Position numbers and translations under genes: made by a program. Under the pieces are notes generated by a model that saw only the letters and a list, made by a program, of their open reading frames with translations, made no database searches and was not told where the DNA came from. 64,000 nucleotides of DNA from an uncultured Verrucomicrobiae bacterium. Lineage in GTDB: Bacteria; Verrucomicrobiota; Verrucomicrobiia; Limisphaerales; Palsa-1400. This document shows positions 58,280 through 64,000 of this stretch, one piece after another (position 1 is the first letter of the stretch; each line of letters opens with the position of its first letter). Where the stretch lies: the NCBI GenBank assembly GCA_963707025.1, contig CAVPOM010000004.1:224001-288000 (forward strand). The letters are read 5' to 3'.

Positions 58280-58639
58280 TCATTGATATGTCGCCCATTG
58301 TGCGCGGGCATTCCGCGTGTCCGCCCGCCCGTCAAGCCACGCGAGATAATTCCGCATGTCGAATTGAACGAAAATGACTTCAACGCCACGGCTCCGCAAA
58401 TAATCCGCAAAATCCGTGTTGGCGTTTTGGCCGGCGGTGAAGTCCGCGTTGCTGTCCTGTTCACCCGCCAACAACCAATCCTCCTTGCAATCGTAAGCCG
58501 TCAAAGTCACGCGCGCGGGGATGTTGCCGCCGGCTGCAACGATTTGCTCAAATTGGCGGATTGCATCATTTGCAGTTGGCTGGCTCACGTCCAGGATGTC
58601 TGCGCCAGAATCCAGAGCACGGCAAGAAAAAAGAGGCAA
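58280..58639 (-). CDS. Hypothetical protein (island; start uncertain)
   Basis: Protein-like composition (FADYLRSRGVEVIFVQFD...YLAWL). Confidence 0.45.
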   Translation of the reverse strand: MPLFSCRALDSGADILDVSQPTANDAIRQFEQIVAAGGNIPARVTLTAYDCKEDWLLAGEQDSNADFTAGQNANTDFADYLRSRGVEVIFVQFDMRNYLAWLDGRADTRNARAQWATYQ

Positions 58640-59128
58640 CGATTGTCTGCCCGCGTTGCCCCGGCCCGGCCCGCCTTGCCTGGCCCGCCCTTGGCTTCCC
58701 GGCCCGGCCTGTCAATCAAAGCCCCGCCTGGCTCAATCCTGCCACAAGCCTTGCCCCTGGCATGGACTCTCTGCCCCGGCCCGCAAGGCTTCCCATAAAT
58801 CATCAATTGGAGGATACGGTCAAGCACGCATCGCCCTTGGCCGCCCCGGAAGCCTGGCACGTCCACGCGGGCGCAATTCCCGTAAAGTGGTTTTCGAGAA
58901 ACGGAGGGGGACGGCGCCCGCTGGCGATTTGCGGCCGGCCGCATTTGGATCCCCTGGCGTTCGTTTTCCCGGCCCGGAAAGGGGGGGTATAATGTCCCGC
59001 CCCGTCAATCAAAGCGCGTCCTGGGGCAAATTAGCGAATCTTTTTCAGGCGTGTTCTCTTAGACGCCTCAACAAGTATTTTAACGAGCTTGCAAACGATG
59101 GAATGGTTTGCATAATACCAATAAAGTT

Positions 59129-60578
59129 CACACCCGTCTCATAAGGGGAAAAGTCTGGTGCTGACCTGTTCATTTGCAAGGGTTTAATTGGTCTTCGGGG
59201 TAAAATGAGATTTTGATTTTTCCGAGTTTGGCTTTTGGGTTTGGTATGCGCCTGTTTGGGCGCGTGTGCTGTCCCATAGCTTTATTGGAAGCCGGGGAAA
59301 TACGCCTGCTCGGGCCGCGCCAAGTGGCGAAAGCTGCCGCCTGCTGTCCCATAGCACGCCAGCAAATTGAGCAGATCATATTTCTCCCAGAGCGCCGCCC
59401 GCAAAATCGTGAACAGCCGGGTGAAGCTGTGCGCCCAGTTGGAGAGGTGACTGAGGTAGCGCAACAGCACGTAGGTCAACAGCGCCGTCCACACCTGCCA
59501 GCGCACGGCGTTGGCGTTGTGGCCCAGAAAATCCGCCAACTGCAAGGTCTGCTTGATTTGTTTGAAGAAGACTTCGATCTGCCAGCGGCAGCGGTAAAGG
59601 TCGGCCACGCTGCGCGGACTCCACTCCAGGTTGTTGGTCAGGAAGGTCATTTCCCGTTCCTCTCCATCAATCTCGACCAGCGCCACCACCCGGCGCATCA
59701 ACTCCGGCGCGGGTTTGTTCTCGTTGCTCAGGACGATCACTTCGTCGCGCAAAATCTTCGGGTCTCTGGAGGCGGGCATTTTCCGCACCACCTCATAGCC
59801 CATGTTCTCCTTGGCCCGCGTCACCCAAAAGACCCCGCGCCCGTCCAAATCCCGCAAGTGGCCGAAGTCCACATAACCCTTGTCGAACAAGGCGATTTCG
59901 CCGCTCTTCAAGTCGGCGCACAGTTCCCGCGCCCGTCGGTTGTCGTGCTCGGCGGCAGTGTCCACAATGACAAAACCGGGCAAAAGATTCTGCAGATTCA
60001 ACCGCATATGGGTTTTGGCGGCGGCCTTGCGCCGGCGGTGCTTGGCCCAGTCCAGGCAGTTGGCCACCAGTTCCATGGTCGTGCTATCAATCACATGGAT
60101 GGGCATCTTGAAACGGAAGGCGGGGCCACGGCGCTGGCCCGCGGCAAAGCCGGGCGTCTGTGCTTTCAAATGCTCCAGGACCCGCCAGAAGAGTTGTTCG
60201 GCCATCTGGGCCGGACGCTCCCGGTTGGCGTGGGAGAGGCCGTTGCGGCTGGGGGCGCTGGCGCCGCGCAAAGTGGACAGCGGCCCGGAATGCAATTGCA
60301 GCGAGTCGCACAGATCGTTGAGTCCGATGCAATGGGTGAGTTGCGCGTCCAGCAAACTGACCGTGTGACTCCACGGACTGAAGGTGCGCGACTTATCCAG
60401 AGCCCGGTCTCCCGCGCTATTTTGGAGACTTCATGCGCAGGAATGAGATTGCAAATCTGGCGCAAAACGTTAAACCGGGACCGTGTCGGTTTGATTTTTT
60501 TGTTTTTCATGCCTGCCTTGTGGCAGGTTCAAATGGTCAAGCCAACACTTTTTTCCAATTTCCTGTGGGATGGCTGTG
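59129..60578 (-). mobile_element. IS4-family element (DUF4372-type), 1450 bp
   Basis: Imperfect TIRs CACACCCGTCTCATAAG / revcomp CACAGCCATCCCACAGG. 9-bp direct repeat AATAAAGTT at 59120-59128 and 60579-60587. Confidence 0.8.
59282..60510 (-). pseudogene. IS4-family transposase with a frameshift near 60398
   Basis: MKNKK...ARETGL then DKSRTFSPWSH in another frame; IDSTT, FDKGY, YRCRWQIEVFFK (YREK). Confidence 0.85.
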
Positions 60579-60602
60579 AATAAAGTTCATGTCTTTGAGC
60601 CG

Positions 60603-60989
60603 ATGAGAGACTTAATAAATCCGCAAGAACCGCAGGATATTTCCGACGCGGAAGCCACCTTGGGTTTCGAGAGGCTTTTGATTGAAGGGCTTGGGGACTT
60701 GGACAAAGACCAGACAAACCCGTTTCCGATTCCGGTTGTGGTAAAGATTTTGTCTTCATCTGATATTTTGCTCAAAACCTTTGATTTTGACGGGAGTATA
60801 ATATATTCTCATAAGCGGCGGGGCAACTCGAAGTCCTATCCAGTGAAAGAATGGCACCCCGTAGATGCCCCGGTCAGTGATGCCGCAGATTTCCTGTCCA
60901 GATATGCCAATCGCACCCACCCGGAAAGCGCATTCGCCCATACGATTATCCCATGCAGTTTTAAACATAGCAAAGCAAACTTTGGGTGA
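60603..60989 (+). CDS. Hypothetical protein
   Basis: Open frame MRDLINPQEP... in AT-richer DNA; no recognisable motif. Confidence 0.35.
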   Translation: MRDLINPQEPQDISDAEATLGFERLLIEGLGDLDKDQTNPFPIPVVVKILSSSDILLKTFDFDGSIIYSHKRRGNSKSYPVKEWHPVDAPVSDAADFLSRYANRTHPESAFAHTIIPCSFKHSKANFG

Positions 60990-61070
60990 AACCCGCTCCA
61001 ACCAGGCTGATTTAATCCAGCATCCGAGTCAATCATAATGCCTTGTTTGCATCGCCCGCGCGGCCCGGCG

Positions 61071-61610
61071 TCAGGAGGCTTTGCGATTTTCCTCTGCTTC
61101 TTCAATTGAATCTATCCCGGCCCGCAACATTTTAAGAATTCTGGCGGCGGTCTCTTCCATTACAACGACCATTTCAGGGGCACGAAGTCCCTCAAGTTTC
61201 GGGGGAAGGTTATTTTGCAATTCTTGAAGCAAAACCTGTTTCTGATTGAGTGCGATGCTCCCGAAAATGCGTGACACATCGGACTTTTTCATATACAGCC
61301 CCTCGAAAAGCGCGTTCTTGTTTTCTTTCTCCTTTAGAGTCTGCAAAAGGCACAGGACTACAACATCTTCTTTGGGGGGTAATGCCTTTCCAGAAACATC
61401 CGGTTTGTTGGCTTCCAACCAAGGTTGGACTTCCCCGCAATGAATTTTGCCGTGCCGGAAGGCGAGACAGCCTTTTTTCTTGCACCATCGGAGAATTGAA
61501 ATCGTAATGCCAAGGTGGGATGACGCCTGGCCCAAAGTCTCTGCTATAAAATCCTTGGTCTTATACTCACCGCGCTTCCCTTTGGCTGTTTTCATTTTCA
61601 TCATCGGCAA
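61071..61610 (-). CDS. Putative phage small terminase (Nu1-like)
   Basis: N-terminal wHTH-like LGITISILRW.KKG...G.I....V..WL, coiled coil, C-terminal LPPKLEGL. Confidence 0.5.
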   Translation of the reverse strand: MPMMKMKTAKGKRGEYKTKDFIAETLGQASSHLGITISILRWCKKKGCLAFRHGKIHCGEVQPWLEANKPDVSGKALPPKEDVVVLCLLQTLKEKENKNALFEGLYMKKSDVSRIFGSIALNQKQVLLQELQNNLPPKLEGLRAPEMVVVMEETAARILKMLRAGIDSIEEAEENRKAS

Positions 61611-61743
61611 GGTTTAAAGTGGGGCTGGCGGCCCGGCGAAGCTACAGGCTCCGCGGAATGATTCAATTTTCAAGTTCCATCCGCCAGCCCCGGTTATGAC
61701 CAAAACGCCTCGGTTGGAATGTGAAGCGCAAAGGTCAAAGTTT

Positions 61744-62256
61744 TCATGTGTCAAATCGAATTCCGTTTTGCTCGGCGAACCTCTGAATATCGGCCTGGGC
61801 CTGGGCCAGTTGCGCCGTTTTCTGCTCAATGTAATCGGCGTAATAGCCCTTTGCCATTGGCAGGGCTGCCAAGTTCACGAATTGAGAGTATAGCTCGCCG
61901 GGCCGCGCTCCGCTTTCAATCATACCGTCCAACGCGGGATTGGCCCGGATAGGGTCATTGAGCATTCCTAAAAGTTCCTGGCCGCGCTTGATATACGCAA
62001 TGAGCAAGTCACGGCGGCGAAGCAAACCCTTCCATCGGTCTGTCAAAACTATTCCCCGCTCAATGTCCGCTTCCGCGCTCGCCAGTTCTGCTTTTATCCT
62101 TGTCTCATTTTGGAATGCCTGCGTCAATACTATTGGAATGGTTCCAGTAGGCGCGTTCCGCGCAGCCCATTCCTTTTGCCGCTCAGCAACGCCTTTCCCG
62201 CCTTCTTTTGCGAGCGAGAGAAAATCCGGGGCTTGTGGAGTAATTGTTTCACTCAT
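61744..62256 (-). CDS. Hypothetical helical protein (island)
   Basis: 170-aa ORF, co-directional and 14 nt from the upstream ORF. Confidence 0.6.
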   Translation of the reverse strand: MSETITPQAPDFLSLAKEGGKGVAERQKEWAARNAPTGTIPIVLTQAFQNETRIKAELASAEADIERGIVLTDRWKGLLRRRDLLIAYIKRGQELLGMLNDPIRANPALDGMIESGARPGELYSQFVNLAALPMAKGYYADYIEQKTAQLAQAQADIQRFAEQNGIRFDT

Positions 62257-62270
62257 AAGTTTCGGGGTGT

Positions 62271-63059
62271 TTAGGATTCGGATTCGAGGAAGGCAATGAA
62301 AGCATCAATCATAGTTTGTTGCCGCCGGTGCATACCGCCAAAAATCCCGGATGGGGGGGGCGACATCCGCAAATTTGCAGCAAATGATTCTGCTGTCTGG
62401 CCGGGGATTTTTAAACCTTCAATGTAGTATTGACGTTCAAGCCGGTGGAGAGTTTCCGCGTCACTGCTGGACGTGGCGCAAATCCTGTTCGTTTCGACTT
62501 CGCCGAAAATCTCACATGCCAAAGCACCAAGTTGGTCCACGTCCAATCTTGCGACTTTGCGCCCTACAGGCGGAATGCTCGCCAAGCTGACCGGAATTTT
62601 GAAAGGGTCGTCATCGGTGGCCGGTCGCTGCAAACCATGAATGCCCGCGGCCATGTCCCGGCGGATGGATGCAGCCATTCTTTCGACACCGCGCAAAGAC
62701 CCGTCAACGGCTGGCCTGGCTGGCGATGCTGGCTTTGGCGGAATTGCCGATTGAAACGGCCTTGCCACATTTGCCACTGGCAATGGTGTAACCGGCAATG
62801 CGAACCTTGCCGTCCCGCCGGCGGCCTTCACTGCATCGCGGGTTTTCTGTGGTAACTCAACGGAAGGGTCGAGTTTGCGAAGCGCATCCCATTTTGCCAT
62901 AACTACTTTCATTTGCTCTTTGCGCTCAGTCCCGGAAAGCCCGGCGGCCTGATACGCGGCCCGAAAGGCGGCATCCACTACGGTATCACCTTTAGCGGCC
63001 CTAGCTTCTTGCTCCCAGACCAACACACGGCTGTAAGACGGCATCATAATCGTTTTCAT
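62271..63059 (-). CDS. Hypothetical protein (island)
   Basis: 262-aa ORF with ATG start, operon-like spacing. Confidence 0.6.
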   Translation of the reverse strand: MKTIMMPSYSRVLVWEQEARAAKGDTVVDAAFRAAYQAAGLSGTERKEQMKVVMAKWDALRKLDPSVELPQKTRDAVKAAGGTARFALPVTPLPVANVARPFQSAIPPKPASPARPAVDGSLRGVERMAASIRRDMAAGIHGLQRPATDDDPFKIPVSLASIPPVGRKVARLDVDQLGALACEIFGEVETNRICATSSSDAETLHRLERQYYIEGLKIPGQTAESFAANLRMSPPPSGIFGGMHRRQQTMIDAFIAFLESES

Positions 63060-63490
63060 CCTATAAATGCCACGGCGTTAAGCAAAACGAGCATTCTACA
63101 GGGGAAACGATTGTTAAGTTGAAGGTTGCAGGAATTGTCCTAAAGTGTTTTACGAAACATCCCGCCCTGCTGCTTTCGTAATTACCACAGCAACAAATGT
63201 GCAATAATTGGCGTGTGTTTTGTGAGTCGAAGTCCAGTTGACGGGCGGATTTTTTGAGTCCCGCCTTTCAGGTTTTTCCAGCATTGAATTAAGAGAGTGG
63301 GGGGGATGTCTTACCGTTTTTCCAGCATCTAACCTCAGTAAATTATATCAGGATTTAGCGAACTTAGGACTAAAAAACGATTTCTTTAGTCACATAGCGA
63401 ATCGGCAAAATTTCTCGGACACCCCAAGGGGAGTTAGGATGATAGCTTTCCTACCTGGGGGCCTATCGCTCACAACTCACCAGGATTGGC

Positions 63491-63973
63491 CTAACAAGTC
63501 ATAGGATTGATTGTGGCGGCCCTTGGCGGGCATGGTGGCACATTGGAGCATCCGGCCAATTCTGCGCGGCCTGGCTGGCTGATTATGCTTTGGCCCGATA
63601 GATTTAATTTGCGTGAGACTTCCGCCATGATAGCCTGGAATTCCTCGTAACTAATTCCATGCTTTCGAGCAAGTAAGGCGGTTGCTTCGTTGGGACTGCT
63701 CAAGATAAGGCCAGTTATCACGGCCAAAGCGTCAAGCAAGACCTCTGGCCGGCGGGACTCTGACAGATAAATTAGGAGCGCCCTTACGCTTTCCAAAACT
63801 TCACCCCGGATTTCGTCGGCGCTGTCGTCTTGCGGCTCTGGGTCATTGCCGGGGACACATTCAATCGGCACAAGTTGCACAGGGATGCGTTGCCCGTCTT
63901 CCCACGCTACTTCGCCACCGTCCAAAATGCGTTTCACAAAGACACGTTTTACGGATTGGCTCTGCCTTGTCAA
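63491..63973 (-). CDS. Hypothetical protein, possible C-terminal HTH (island)
   Basis: ATALLARKHGISYEEFQAIMAEV resembles an HTH. Confidence 0.5.
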   Translation of the reverse strand: MTRQSQSVKRVFVKRILDGGEVAWEDGQRIPVQLVPIECVPGNDPEPQDDSADEIRGEVLESVRALLIYLSESRRPEVLLDALAVITGLILSSPNEATALLARKHGISYEEFQAIMAEVSRKLNLSGQSIISQPGRAELAGCSNVPPCPPRAATINPMTC

Positions 63974-64000
63974 TACTCAATCATCGTCTTTGGCGTCAGA

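Larger units (their letters stand above)
57576..64000. mobile_element. Left end of an integrated genomic island / phage-satellite-like element (continues beyond window)
   Basis: att-like fragment, arm-type repeats, compositional shift, run of minus-strand orphan ORFs, terS-like gene. Confidence 0.6.

Noticed and set aside
57800..58990. GC-rich GCCCGGCCC-type low-complexity tracts and overlapping ORFs
   Set aside because: No regular period or convincing protein apart from 58280-58639; treated as degenerate island DNA.
1..64000. CRISPR array, rRNA, reverse transcriptase/DGR
   Set aside because: No regularly spaced repeat-spacer array, rRNA-like sequence or RT motif found.

Overview
High-GC bacterial window. 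Gene content and repeat style suggest Verrucomicrobiota (inference, not verified). Left to right: the 3' end of a DAHP synthase, a RelE-like toxin-antitoxin pair and yajC-secDF-recJ. Next is a ~21.5-kb minus-strand type IV filament locus: pilB, pilT, a second pilB, pilC, an embedded BrnT/BrnA-like pair, four N-methyl pilins, a 1321-aa PilX/GspK-like protein, and a ~2394-aa multidomain S8 protease where a PilY1 adhesin normally sits. Then come cofactor and housekeeping genes (aminotransferase V, RibD-C, mogA, moaC, panB, heptose kinase, thiG, nrdJ with two NrdR boxes, der) and a sugar catabolism/ABC cluster. From ~57.55 kb lies the end of an island bounded by a tmRNA-like 3' fragment, carrying a lone Nu1-like small terminase and a second IS4. 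Two near-identical 1903-bp IS4 elements, each with a divergent passenger gene, sit in opposite orientations in the same 12-bp site of a REP-like repeat. Other points of note: repeat-filled prepilin leaders, a sigma54-preceded candidate structured RNA upstream of the pilus operon, and several single-base frameshifts that may be assembly errors.
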